A stretch of 64,000 nt of DNA from Conidiobolus incongruus B7586 (lineage: Eukaryota): NCBI GenBank assembly GCA_000697335.1, contig JNEM01011122.1, positions 1-64,000 of the forward strand. The letters are read 5' to 3'. Positions 50,752 to 63,770 of the stretch are shown here, one piece after another (positions within the stretch are counted from its first letter, which is position 1; each line of letters starts with the position of its first letter). A program made the position numbers and the translations under genes. The notes beneath the pieces are model-generated. The model worked only from the letters and a program-made list of their open reading frames with translations, did not search any database and was not told the DNA's origin.

Positions 50752-52749
50752 TTTAGCAAATAATTGAAAATTTATCAGTTTACAATTTTAATAATATTGT
50801 AAATTTTATATAAGTGAACAATTATAAGAAGCAAATGGCAAATGAAATAATTTGAATAATTTAAATAAAAAAAATAAAAATTGCTATTTAAGTTTAATTA
50901 ATCAAATATTACCTATCATTAATTAATTTAATTGGTTGACTCAATTAAGTGATGTCATCTGAATGGCTATAATTTAAGACTGATTAATTGATTGATGATG
51001 AATGATGAAAAGATTTAAAATAACTTGGGTGTTGATTGGTCAACATTACTAATTAATCACAACTACTCCATTATGATCATTTGATCAAAAAATTTCTTTT
51101 TTGAGTGCCTTATATTAAATAATAATTATTTAAAATTTTAACAGTGGAATTAAAAATTAAAAAATCTGAATATATATTTATGTATATAATGCCAATATGT
51201 GTAGATTAAATAAAAAATTCCAATCTATTTTATAACGAATAAATCTAAACAATGAGATATTTAATGGTCCAGTAATGAGCTTTTGTATGCTTCATTTGAT
51301 CATCCTGAAGTCAACGATTAACTTTATATGAAATATAAAACTACAAATTTAAATTAATTGCGGTATTCTCATTTGAATCAATTACAATTGCCTAATGATT
51401 TATCCTGTTATAATTACAAATAAAATAATATCAGTTATCATTTCTAATTATCAATATATCAACTTCAGAATTCTATATCATTTCCAACTAATTTTAGACG
51501 CTTGTAATAAATGTTCGTATGATTGTATAGTATTTTTGTATAAATTACATAATTAAAAATTATATATATTATTTTTAGATGTCAATGTGTGTCAAATAAA
51601 ATTGTGAGAAAATTTTGTTGCAAGAAGTGTCTTAAATTAATTTGAAAATGGTATATTCAGAAATATCAATCGTAAATAATTTATTTGATAGAGAAATTCT
51701 ACTAAGAAAATAAATTAAATGAATAAGAAAATAGTGTATATTTATTTTTTTACTCTTTTATAAGTCATTTAAAGTCATTATGATTTATCCTAATCAAAAT
51801 AATCTTACCATTTAATGAAATCATTAATATCATAAACAAGAATGGATAGTTCAATTGAAATTTCAGATGCCCTGTTGAAATGTAAAATTAGAAACTCGTT
51901 AAAATTATTTAAAATCAACCTTTTTTGAAGCAAATTAATGTATATAGTACTAAGAATAATTATTATATCTGAATTATGGTATTATTCTAAAAAATTGTTG
52001 AATTTAATAAATACATCATAAATAATTATTTTTTGGTGTTATAAAATAGAGCAATCAAAAAAATTAGAATTTCTATATAATCACTCAATATTTTTTATAT
52101 TTATTTGATCGGACAGATCTGTATACATTACAACAAGTTCATAAGTATTCAAAGATACATACTGAAAAAAATCAATTATCTATTCAATAAAAAGTTGAAA
52201 ACACATAATTTTATCAACAGAAAGCGGCTATAGTATTCAATCAAGAAAGACTGCCAAGCATTGACCCGATTATAACTCATATACCCTGTATATTTTTAAT
52301 GTTTAAAGGATTCATTTATAAGTAATATATCTAATAACTGATAAAGTGATTCATTTCAATTTTTTCAATGTTATAGCAGTCTATTAAACTTGACGATATC
52401 TTTGGGTATTTTTGATCTATTTCAATAAGCTTAATTATTCAAAAATAATTTATTTCTAATCAATAAATTATTTACTTTGTTTTGATATGTAACAAGATTC
52501 AATATAATAGTAATAATTAATATAATTCTAAAAAATAAGGTTATATATTGAGATACTTGACAAATTATTCGTTAATAGAACATATATTCAAATCATTACA
52601 AGCTATAATCCATTTTCAAGGATTATATTCACCATATATTGCGAAAAATTTGATAATATAAACAGTTTAAGTATTTTAGTAAATTTAAAATGGCCAATAT
52701 ATTGTTACTAATTAAATTATTATGTACATTCAATGGATTTGAAGTTATA

Positions 52750-52980
52750 CTAATTCGTTTCGTTAATGTCAGAAAACACCCACCATCTTCAAAATTTTCA
52801 ATCCTTTTTTATAACTAAGCTAGATTGCTATCATATTTGGTTTCTATTAGTCGATATTTGATTAAGTATTATAGCTATTTAGTAGAGGAATATATCATAC
52901 AAGGTAATTACTGAAATACAAAAAATATGAGAAAATTTTGAAGATGGTGACTGCTTTCACGCCTTAATGAAACAAAATAG
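52750..52980. mobile_element. MITE-like inverted repeat (~60-bp arms, ~230 bp total)
   Basis: CACCATCTTCAAAATTTTC (52781-52799) is the exact reverse complement of 52931-52949; imperfect pairing extends to ~52750 and ~52980. Confidence 0.55.
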
Positions 52981-54036
52981 CAATTATGATTCTACTATTA
53001 AAGATTAATCAAAAATTATTCAAATCGAGCATTTTGTCACATAATTTTTGATATTAGTTTTAGTTTAATGATAAAAATATAACATATTCTACCTGATAAT
53101 AATAACACGTTACTAAATCAATGCGAGATATATTTTGAATATCTTAATATATAAAAATATATTATATAACTCATTACTCAGCTATTTGATGATGATTTGC
53201 AAATATGTTGGATAAAATTAATCTACTTTGTGAGTGTAGGCGGAAACATTCTAAACCATGCCTGATTCATGACCCCAGTTCGTTTGGTTTATAACAATCA
53301 TACACTTCTCATAACTGGATTCTAATAATTTGGTCTCTTTGTTTAATTTATTTAATAGTTTAAATTTTTCATAATTGACGCTAAACTTGACAGCAGATCA
53401 TGGTTAATCAATTCGGCCAATGTAAAATTTCTTGTAAAATAGAGCTTGACTATGCTTAGTAAACATTGCTTTTTTTGAAGTAGTTAAAGCTCTTCTACTA
53501 TATCATATAAATAATAAACAAGCTTTATAGATTAATAGGATTTATTAAAGCTTGGAGAACATCAATATTTCAAGACACCTATTCGCATAAATTTACAACC
53601 AAATTTAGATAACCAAGTTGAAACGAATTTACTCATCTAATCAAAACAGGTGAATTCAGGATCAATTTTTGAATTGAACACTTAAATTATTCAATATAAT
53701 TTAGACTCACTTTGTTTTACACAATCTACTAGACGATGTTTCTTTTGATGTGAACTAAGTCTTTGGCTCAATTAAGTGGTGGTGGTATCAATAATGACGG
53801 GATGATATGGAAAATTTAGTTACCCCAATATTGTCCTGAAAGATTTAGTGCCAGCATTTTCATTTGTTAATTGGATTTGTGGTTAGCCTGAAAAATGTAT
53901 GATGTATTAACCCATATTTCAAAGACAAAAAGTGATAAAAATGGTTAATCAATTTATTTATTCCAAATATCATGTACAACATTCTTTAAACAATCAAAGT
54001 AATCAATCAAACAAAGATAATAAATATGAGGGAATA

Positions 54037-54726
54037 TTAGACGACTGCAATGTCGTGTTCAACCAGGAACTCGGCAATGAATTCATCGTCGAAATCCACC
54101 TTATCATTGATTATAAAGTTAGGATTCCTCTGTTGAAAGTCATATAGGATAGCTTCAATAGCTAGTTTTCTGTCCTCTGGGTTTTTTAAGTCGATAACAT
54201 ATCGATCCTTTTTGGATTTTCCGGGTATTGGTGCGACAATTCCGTATTTGGCTTTAATTTTTTTTAAGAATTTGATGGAGTTGGTTGAATAGTTCTTAGC
54301 ACTAGGTTGTGTTGATCCGTAGGCTATCGTTGTATTGCAAATTTGCTGAGCTTGAGGTGAAATGGAGGTGATCCAGCCAATAGCGGTTAAAGGATCCCAC
54401 CAGCGATTGGAACGGTGTTTTGAAGAAGTAAATGAGCCTGAGCTGAGACTTTGGAAGGAAGGATTGTAAGCTGGGCAAGTTTTTATTTGAGGACGTTTCT
54501 TAGTTGAAAGTTGATAGTTTAATAGATTTTTTTCAAAAGGAGCAACTCCAAACATTTTTGACAACTCAAATTCAGATACTGTCATATCCTTATGAGTGAT
54601 ATAGGGATTGAAGCTGGGTTGATATATGTCACTTGAAACTGAGTTAATTGTACATGTTGAGCTATAAAGTGAAGGAGGAGACATTATAGAAGAGTCAAAA
54701 GATGGCTTCGATAGAAGGGAAGTCAT
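54037..54726 (-). CDS. Hypothetical protein, 229 aa, intronless, no family recognised
   Basis: ATG-initiated 690-nt ORF, GC-richer than its flanks, TATAAATA ~65-70 nt upstream; Ser-rich N-terminus and acidic C-terminus. Confidence 0.7.
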   Translation of the reverse strand: MTSLLSKPSFDSSIMSPPSLYSSTCTINSVSSDIYQPSFNPYITHKDMTVSEFELSKMFGVAPFEKNLLNYQLSTKKRPQIKTCPAYNPSFQSLSSGSFTSSKHRSNRWWDPLTAIGWITSISPQAQQICNTTIAYGSTQPSAKNYSTNSIKFLKKIKAKYGIVAPIPGKSKKDRYVIDLKNPEDRKLAIEAILYDFQQRNPNFIINDKVDFDDEFIAEFLVEHDIAVV

Positions 54727-55931
54727 ATTGGGTCTATTAAATGAAAAAGGAATTGTTAAACTTGAAATTGTAGAGTGGGCGAGGATTGGTATTTATACTA
54801 TTGGATTTCATAGAAATTGGTTATGTAGTTTGAAATTGAACCAATTAAAAAGACTGGGAGACTTTTAGTGTGAGAGGAATGTAAAATATAATTTAATGTT
54901 TGAAATCCAAAAAAAAACTCTAGCAAAATGATAATTGATATTAATCTAGAAACTAATTGGTACTAATATCAATTACTAAATATAAACAATGTATGATCAT
55001 AGATTAATTTAAATATTCTAAGAAATCATGCGATTGAATACTACCAATTAAAAAACAGTTTGTTGAGATTTCATTAGATTAGTTATACGGAAATAACGCT
55101 TCATATATGATTAGTATTTATTGTCATTTATAAAATTGTGATAAACTACATATATTGCACGTTTTACTAATATCATTTTTAATTGGTATTTGGTTGCGTA
55201 AACTAAAAGTATGCTCAAGACTAAAGACGATAGACAATTCAGTAATCAATCAGTAATATCATATATGTAATAAAATGATATTATTTCATTATATCGATAT
55301 ACATTATGATAAAAAATTGATGGATAATTAAAATGTATGTCTTGAAAATTTACAACAAATGTACTCAATGCTAATAGAGTTATAAATCATTCAACCAAAA
55401 CTCGGCTAAATTGTGTTGTCCATATTCAATTTTATTCGTAACATTTTTAACAATAAATATCCCGATGATGATATCATCATCTATTCAACTTAATAAACCA
55501 CCACTAAAATTACTTCAACAATTTGACTAAGATTATGTTTATATTATATATTAAGTATATAAGTACATATAATTTTTCATTATATGAGTTGAATACAAGG
55601 TCGCTATTTATTCACAGTATAAAATATAATTATTATTTATTCGCAATTTGCCATCAATATATAATCATATTTCATAATATTAAAAGAGTGATAAATAATA
55701 CAATCTATAAATATATAATAAACAGTACTATATAAACATGTTAAACAAATAGTATAATATTAATAATTAAGGATATAAAATTGATGGATCAGATAGAGAT
55801 TTGAATAAATTTAAATTGCAATAAAATCCCATTAAATTAAAGTTTATTAAATGCATTAAAATTCCTAGAATATGAATTTAAATAAATAAACTGTTAACTC
55901 TAATCTTGTAATCAATACCAAAAAGATCAAA

Positions 55932-56964
55932 ATGGGACGCAATAAAAACGTAAAAACAAGTACTACCATCAACGGTACCAGTAGCAGTACCATCACATCA
56001 AAACAGTTAAAGGACAGCAAATTACAGTCTAAAAAGTTAAAAAGTTCTGACAAGTATAAGAACATGAAGTTAAATAGTAAAACGAAACTCAAAAAGAGTA
56101 AATCGGACCAAATCAATAACTCGGAAGCTTTGACTAAATTTCGTGAGAAATTCATTATAAATTTGTCTAACTGTATTCACCAATTTGAACAGGATTGTTT
56201 ACGGTATATCATATACCTAATTTATTATTTGTTTTCGATAATAATATTGATATACTTTTTTATAGTGAATATCAATATAAAATCAAAGAAATTGACCAAC
56301 AGTTAAAAGCTATACACGAAAGTAAATACACGCTTATTTAACAAAATCTAACATTTGTACTAATGCTGTTTAATATTAATAGATCCTAACAAAGTATTTG
56401 CAGAACAATACGACCAATTAAACCAATTACGAGATTATAAAATCTATAGGGACGAAATAGATAGAAATTATAAATTGAAAGAAATTGAGGAAGAGTATAA
56501 GAGTTTGTTAATCAAAGCTGAAAAGAATTATCAGGTAAATTAAATATTATTACTATATAATTTATATCATTATTGATAACTTGTAGAATGAAAATGAAAA
56601 TGTACGTAAGAGATTGTTAAGTTACGTTCAGGAAAAGAGAACGAGACTTAGGGATGAAATGAATAATATGGAAATTAGTGAAGGTATAAAATCAAGTATA
56701 TTAAATACAATATAAGCTAATAATTAAATACCAATAGATTACACAGTAGAAATACCCAACAGGAACCATCCCCAAACCAGACGATCCAAGCGCAAAGAAG
56801 AAGAATTAAATATCATCTACAACAAAGTACCCAAAATAGAACTCAATCCTAAGTTATTTACACTGCGCCAGGATCAAGTATCCGAAGATTTCGATATCTT
56901 TTACAACGGCAACGGCCAGCAGATGATGGGCAAGAGGAGAAATTTGAGGAATGGAAAGAAATAG
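55932..56964 (+). CDS. Sds3/BRMS1-like Sin3-HDAC complex subunit (coiled coil), 5 exons, 267 aa
   Basis: Exons 55932-56203, 56266-56321, 56383-56534, 56587-56683, 56738-56964 (804 nt, open). Basic N-terminus; coiled coil EYQYKIKEIDQQLKAIH...IEEEYKSLLIKAEKNYQNENENVRKRLLSYVQEKRTRL; C-terminal LFTLRQDQVSEDFDI. Gene model firm; family call by resemblance. Confidence 0.65.
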
Positions 56965-57965
56965 GCTGTATTACTATTATCCCCTAAGATCATATCATTT
57001 CAACTCGTTACTTTACTAACTTCCCGTATACTATTTTCAATCCTTTCAGCATTTGGCTAGCTATTTTGATTACAAATTGTTCTTGACATCATTTTTATTT
57101 ACTCTCAACTTTAAGTATTCATCGCATTATATTTGTTAGCACAAGTTAAAGGTTTAATTTTTATTGATTAATAAATATCTATTTCATTTTTGTTTAATTA
57201 ATTTACAATTTACTTTGTAACTCTTTTAATATATACTTAATCATACTATAAATGTCCTTTAAATAAAATGATAAAACTAATGTTTGTTATGGTAGAATTT
57301 TTAAATAATGTTATTAGTATTATGTAACCTTTATTAAGAAATATAAAAATATTTTAAACCATTTTATTATTCTCTTAACAATATAATTTTACAAGTCAGA
57401 ATATTATCATTAGTATAACCATTATAGTTTATTACAAAATTTTTTAAATTCGATACCATATAATCAAGGCTTACTTGTTTAATTCATTCAAAATATTATA
57501 TATATTTACTAATAATTAATGGCATTTCTTTTTAATATTTCAATATTATTGATTAAAAGATATTTCCATTGTATTAAACATGATAATTATTATAATATGT
57601 TCAAGTTTTCAAACAAAAAATAACCTTATAAATATTCAAAAATTAACTAATAAAAAGATGTCCATTTTAAAATAATATTTTTGAAGATCCCATATCTTAT
57701 GATTATTCAAAAACTATTAATAATATCTATAAATTCATATTACTTCAATAATATTAATTTAAACTTTTTGCCAAAAAAATCAATAATTTTTTAAATTAGG
57801 AAATAATTAATAAACAAAAATTTTTTTATCATTCTAGAAATTATTAATTAATATTTGGTTTTTTTTTAATTGTATTCCGTAGTACTTAATATTAAAATTT
57901 CTTTCTTTTTAACTTTTATATTATTTATTAATATTATAATAATATACTAATATTTTTTTAAAAAA

Positions 57966-58669
57966 ATGGTTGAATTACATCATATCGGAGCTAATTGCAA
58001 TTTATCAACTTGTAATCGATTAGGTAATTGATAATTCAATTTTATAACGTTAATTTTGATAAATTTATTTGTATGATTATTATTTAGATTTTTTACCTTT
58101 TAAATGTCCCAATTGTAGGAAACAATTTTGGTAATTCTATATAATTTACAGTTGATAAAATTGAAAATTAATAATTCTTTTTTCAGTGATGAACATTATA
58201 ATCCAGAGCAACATGGTTGTAAAGCACCACCTCCTATTGTTGATGTTCGAGTACCTACTTGTCCGGTGTGTAACCAACCTGTCCCTTTAAAGAGGGGAGA
58301 TCCCAATACAGCTGTAAAATTTATCATATTCTTTTAAAAAAATAATATATTCACAAAATTTAGGTAAATAATCACATATCCCGAAATTGTAAAAATCCAC
58401 CCAGTCCGACTCCTTCGTCTAAAGTATGTCAATTAAGCTCGTGTAAGGCGAAGACGGTGGTTGCTCAAGTTTGTTCCGATTGTCATTTGAGTTTTTGTAT
58501 GAAACACAGATTCCCCCAAGATCATAACTGTACTCCCCCACCGCCTCCCAAACCCACGCAACAGATGTTCAATAATTTTAAGAACAAATTGACAACTGGC
58601 CAGACTGCAAGTTCATCAAATGCAAAAGGCAAAAACAAAAAGAGTGGAGATAAGTGTATTATCTGCTAG
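57966..58669 (+). CDS. AN1-type zinc finger protein, ZFAND2/AIRAP(L)/Cuz1-like, 4 exons, 177 aa
   Basis: Exons 57966-58023, 58088-58130, 58187-58313, 58364-58669 (534 nt). MVELHHIGANC...CNRLDFLPFKCPNCRKQFCDEH...HGC, CPVCNQPV...VNNHISRNC, second AN1 CSDCHLSFCMKHRFPQDHNC; ends KCIIC. Confidence 0.9.
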
Positions 58670-58805
58670 ATGATTTTACAAATTAATTAATTTTTAATTA
58701 TTATCAATAATTTTAATAAAATGATTATTTATTAGTAAGTGATTTTTTTATTTTTCAAATTTTGTTGAGTTAATAAATAAAAAATATAAATAAAAACTTT
58801 TAAAA

Positions 58806-59851
58806 TTAATCAAATCCATTCATATTGTCGTCACCGGTAGCTCGCTCTGGGATTAAAGTGGCGAAGAATAGGTAAACAAATCGGAATATCATTCCGAGAG
58901 TGGAGGTAGGAGCTTGTGAGAGGTCAGGAAGATAATTTTGGATAAATGATGAGCAAGCGTTCCAATATTGGTCAAATGCATTGGTACGAAGCCCTATGAA
59001 AAGACCAAAGATCATTAAACTGATGAAATTGGCATATAACTCATCTTCAATTTCGAGTGCTGACACGACCAGTGAGGAAATTAGATAAGATTGAGTTAAC
59101 ATCCATATACCCATGAATAGACCTTCACCGTTTCTCACACGATTGAATCTCTCTCTGAAGTATTGTAAAACTGGATTTTCTGCTGGCTGCTCTGGGTGTG
59201 GTTGTTGTACTGGTGTGGATGCTGTCGTTCCCGAACCTGACCTTGGAGATGGAAGGCCATGAACACCATCAATTGACGAAAGGTGAGAACGGACTGGAGA
59301 AAGGAAAAGTTGATTTTGGTACTTGACAATATTAAAATACAAATAATCGGTAGGATAGTCGTTGACTACGTTTATAGATGGAGAAATTGATGGCGGCTGA
59401 GAAACAGGCTGTATCTGAGGTACAGTCTGATTAGTTAAAGGAGTGGAAGTGTGACTTGCAGTAAATGGATTTGAAGTAGGGGCACTTGGAGAAGGTACAA
59501 CTTTAGGTGCCTTGTATCCAACCACCAAATGAAAAACAATAGGAACACTAGTATTAGTCAGCTAAATATCAAAATAAGTTAACTATTTTCAAATTCCAGT
59601 GGTTTACCAATTACCTTTTCAAAAAGATTTCTAAAACACTCTTCATTGTTCAAAACCCTACCCATATAAATTAATCTTATAGAATTAGGATTATATTCCT
59701 CCGTCAAAATATTTCTAATTTTATCCTCCAAATGTCCGACTTTTTCTTCGTCATTCACAGTAATTTCAAAACTGTTTAATTTCCCTTCTTGTTCAGGCGT
59801 CTGAGATAAGATATTATATGGCGACCTAATTTCAATTTGATATTCTAACAT
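58806..59851 (-). CDS. HERP-like ER membrane protein with N-terminal ubiquitin-like domain, 2 exons, 330 aa
   Basis: Exons 59851-59615 and 59561-58806 (993 nt). UBL (IEIRSP...VGHLEDKI...IRLIYMGRVL...FHLVV), Pro/Ser/Gln linker, hydrophobic hairpin, C-terminal FVYLFFATLIPE resembling the HERP FFxSLxPE motif. Confidence 0.75.
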
Positions 59852-62091
59852 TTTTGTAATGTATTAATTATATATTATAATAAATTTAATTATAGTCTGA
59901 ATTATATTTATTTCTTTATGATTTTTTTTATTTTTTATAAAAGTTAAAGAATTAAGGTTAAAATTGATATCATTGAACTTTTTAATAATTGATAATTGTT
60001 GGATTAAACTCATTAAATTTACCCCAAGGGTTTATTCCATTAATCCCAATTGGCGGTCTTTGATTGGTCTATGTAAATTATTCGCAGAATTTGAATTAAT
60101 TTAAGCATTCAAAATTGGACAAGATTGATTTCATAGCTTAAAAACAATTACTTGGCATGTTCTTTTAAAATAGCAACTTATTTTTATATTGCAAATTATC
60201 TATATTCAATATTTTGTATTTTAAATTTAATTATATATGAAATACTATCAATCGCACTTATCTCTACCTTAAAATATCCTATTTTAAAATATATACAAAA
60301 TATTCGTAGCAACAATATCTTGAAATATTGTCGGTTTCAGAATCGTTAATTTTAGTTATGAAACAATCGCAAAATATGTAAATAATACTCAAGATTAAAA
60401 TTAATTTTTATTCATCAATTTTATTTTCAAAAGGATAAAAATAGCTAACTTTGAATATTAATAAGACAGATGAAAATATTATTATGATGAATGTTGTATT
60501 TATAGTCAAATCAATTTGATGTTAATCAAATTTCAAGAGTTGATTCTAAAACTGATATTGAATAGAATAATTTTCAGCAGAATAACTAATTTAAAAAATA
60601 TACTCTAAGAAAATTTGATTGTATAATAGGTTTTGAATTTTAGAGTGATCTATTTGTTATGACTATATTTCTCTCGGATAGATATATACATATTTGAATC
60701 AATATTCGAAGAATCATAGTTAAATGATAAAAATTCATGAATACAGTTTTAAGTAGAAAACAAAAATATATTTGGTGAAAAAATGATCAATTAAGATAAA
60801 GTAATGATTTCAATAATATATAAAGAAAATATATTTCAATATAATAACAATATTAATTCTAAGATGAAAACTAATGTATTTATTAATCTGGTTTCTTAAA
60901 ATATGGCTAGAGTTTTCAAAGTTTGAATAATATAGAATTGTGAAATGTAGAAATGATTATTATTGATCAGACAATATAATGCAACGTAATGTTGCTTATG
61001 ATATACTAATATATATTTATCATTAATACTAATTATATATTTTAATATTCATTTTTGTCAATAGTTTGAATAGTTTCCAAAATATTTAAAATTAAACGAA
61101 AAATATACAATATACATTAAATAATGAGATATAAATTTAATAATACAATATTTGATTAAAAATTTAATTTGTTGAAAATCGAATATTTTAATAATAATGA
61201 TAATTTTGAAAAAGAGTAATTTTTGATATAATTAGATAATGTTTAAGTAGTATTATCAAACAGATCTAATTAAAATGTTATTATTATTATTATTATAAAT
61301 TTCTGTCTCTAAAATTCATAAATCATAATATATACATAATCAAATTGTTAAAAATTATCAAGGTCAAAAAATTCTATATTGTAAACAAAATCAGTTTACA
61401 AAGTAATTATCAACACTCCTTATAATCAATATATTTAATGTTCTATCTAGATTTTTAAATTATACTATGGTGATTTTTGAAATGATATATTAAATAATGA
61501 ATAAATATTAAATTTGAAAAACTGATCAATAATAAATTGTGAAATACTATATCTGGCAATAAAACCATAGCATATCAACATCACATTATTATCATTTTTT
61601 TTAATTTTTAATAATATTTAAATATTCAATTTATAAAAAATTACTAAACAAATATAATAGAAAGAATTCTTAAATTATATATATATATTAAAGAAGAAAA
61701 ATTTTATTCTCTACAATAACTATATTAAGTAATATTAGATTATTAATCATTTAAAATATGACAAATTAATAATTATTATTCTCAAAATATAATTTTACAT
61801 TAATAATGAAATCATTATTATTAAATTTTTTTACGCCAATAACAAATATTTTTTTATAATTTGAGAAGAATTTAGTTAAAACTGGAAACGAAATGTAAAA
61901 TGTAAGTAATACATGACAAAGTGTAAAAGGGTTTAATTCCGCTAACAAGTTCTTGGGTTTCATATGACTTGAAATTGCTAATCAAAGCCTATCAAGATTC
62001 ATTTCTTATTTAATTGTAGTCGTTTTTGGTAGATAATGATACATTAAAGATATGGATAGAAGGAGTTAATTCCTTATTGCATATCGGGAAT

Positions 62092-62570
62092 TTAAATGAC
62101 CAAAGAGGCGGCAACACCGAAAGCAGTGAGCATAGCAGAGAAAGTGGTGGACGAGATAGTATCACTTCCAATGGTTTGGATGGGAGCATTAGTAGTGGAG
62201 GATTTGGAAGTGTTAGTCTTAGTCAGACTCTGAGTTGGATTTTTCAGTAGTGGGGGATTTTCTTCTGGTAGAGGTGGATTCGTCTGAGGTAGACTTGAGG
62301 GATTCAGCCACAGTGGTGAGTGTAGGGGTAGGAATTGGAATTTTTTCTCAATTTTGAAAACTGTATACACGCAATTTTCGAAACATTCGTCACTACCGCC
62401 GTCTCTTGTACAAGTGTTGATATATTTTTAATCTGTTCAGCTTGTTTTTCGTCGGGTTTGGGAAGTTCAAAGCAATCGGCAAAACATTTGGCATCCCCTT
62501 TGGTTCATCGACAGGCTTTAGCAGAGCAGATGAACGCAGAAAACAAAGTGAATAATAAGGCCTTTTGCAA
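62092..62570 (-). pseudogene. Pseudogenised tandem paralog of the Cys-rich GPI-type protein at 63243-63770
   Basis: Start reads TTG (62570); QKALLFTLFSAFICSAKACR*TKGDAKCFADCFELPKP has TGA at 62507-62505 where the paralog has Cys; several frameshifts; intact tail IQTIGSDTISSTTFSAMLTAFGVAASLVI. Confidence 0.85.
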
Positions 62571-63242
62571 TTTGAATAGACCCGATAAATAAAAGAGTTA
62601 GATCAAGGGTAAAAAGCAACACCAATTCATTTTATATTCATACCCAATGGGAAGTCTAAGACTTAGTTTAACAAGAGCACAATTCAAATTTGAAAATTAC
62701 CCTTGTAACAAAATGAAAGTGAGAAAATTAAATATCAAGTGATCCAATCTATTGAAATTAGGTACCCTCTTTTTACTGATTTAATTCATAAAAATAACTT
62801 AGGCAGTTAAATAGATATGCCATCAATAATAAAGAATATAATGAAGAGTTAGTAACTATTACGATTGCTACTAATTGGTAGAGTCAATAATATATTTGGA
62901 AGAAAAATAGAGAGAATATAGTAATTGGTTCTAGATAAATGATGAAAAATGAATATATCTATATTTGACAATATTTTATCATTATTCAAAAGAGTTTACT
63001 CTAAACCTTGATCCCGCTATTTTGAAATATTTAACAAAATATTCTCACATATCATGGAAGTGGATAACTTAAATGAAATAGAAAAATTGATCCATTAAGA
63101 AAATTAATCAATCAGGTTAACTAATTATTATCAACTGGATATTATTAACCCTTTCAAAAAAGATTTATTAATAAAACATGAATTTATTATAAGTAAGATT
63201 AAATTACAAGATGTCAAGATTCTAATGAATTGTTATCATCAA

Positions 63243-63770
63243 TTAAAGGAAGAAGGAAGCAGCGATACCGAAAGCGGTGAGCATAGTGGAGAAGGTAGCA
63301 GAAGAAACGGCGTCGCCACCAACAGGTTGAATGGAAGAGGTTTCAGAAGAAGAGGATTTGGTAGTAGTAGCCTTGGGCTTGGAGGTGGCTTCTCCACTGG
63401 CAGAGCCAGTAGATTTGTCAGCAGTAGAAGTAGATTCCTTCTTTTCTTCGGTAGAGGAAGAGGCGGGATCAACAGTAGTGGTCTTGGGAGGAACAACAGT
63501 GGTGGGGGAAGGAACTCGAGCGGAGGAAGATTGGCCATTCTTTTGGTAGTCCTTGTAAATTTGATTGATGCAGTTATTGAAGCAATCATCACCATCACCA
63601 TTTTCAGTACATTTGGTAACACATTCGTTTGTCTTATCAGTTTGTTCTTCAGTGGGATCTGGAAGACCGAAGCATTTGGCTAAACAAGCAACATCTCCCT
63701 TGGGGCATTGACAATTTTTAGCGGAGTAGACGACGGCGGTGAGTAAAGAGAGCAATAAAGTCTTGTTCAT
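63243..63770 (-). CDS. Secreted Cys-rich, Ser/Thr-rich, probably GPI-anchored surface protein, 175 aa
   Basis: Signal peptide MNKTLLLSLLTAVVYSA; 8-Cys domain (CQCPKGDVACLAKC...CVTKC...CFNNC); S/T/P/K/E linker; hydrophobic end SATFSTMLTAFGIAASFFL. Confidence 0.85.
   Translation of the reverse strand: MNKTLLLSLLTAVVYSAKNCQCPKGDVACLAKCFGLPDPTEEQTDKTNECVTKCTENGDGDDCFNNCINQIYKDYQKNGQSSSARVPSPTTVVPPKTTTVDPASSSTEEKKESTSTADKSTGSASGEATSKPKATTTKSSSSETSSIQPVGGDAVSSATFSTMLTAFGIAASFFL

Noticed and set aside
52224..52290. tRNA-Gly-like string (GCGGCTATAGT...CTGCCA...GACCCG)
   Set aside because: No acceptor-stem pairing and no TTCG T-loop; it does not fold as a cloverleaf. No tRNA or rRNA gene was recognised in the window.
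53240..53900. Moderately GC-richer stretch downstream of the orphan gene as an extra exon or gene
   Set aside because: No sustained ORF or recognisable motif found on either strand; may be UTR or an unidentifiable relic.
57831..57840. Heat-shock element upstream of the AN1 gene (TTCTAGAA)
   Set aside because: Only two nGAAn units; a functional HSE normally needs three, and this 8-mer is common in AT-rich DNA.
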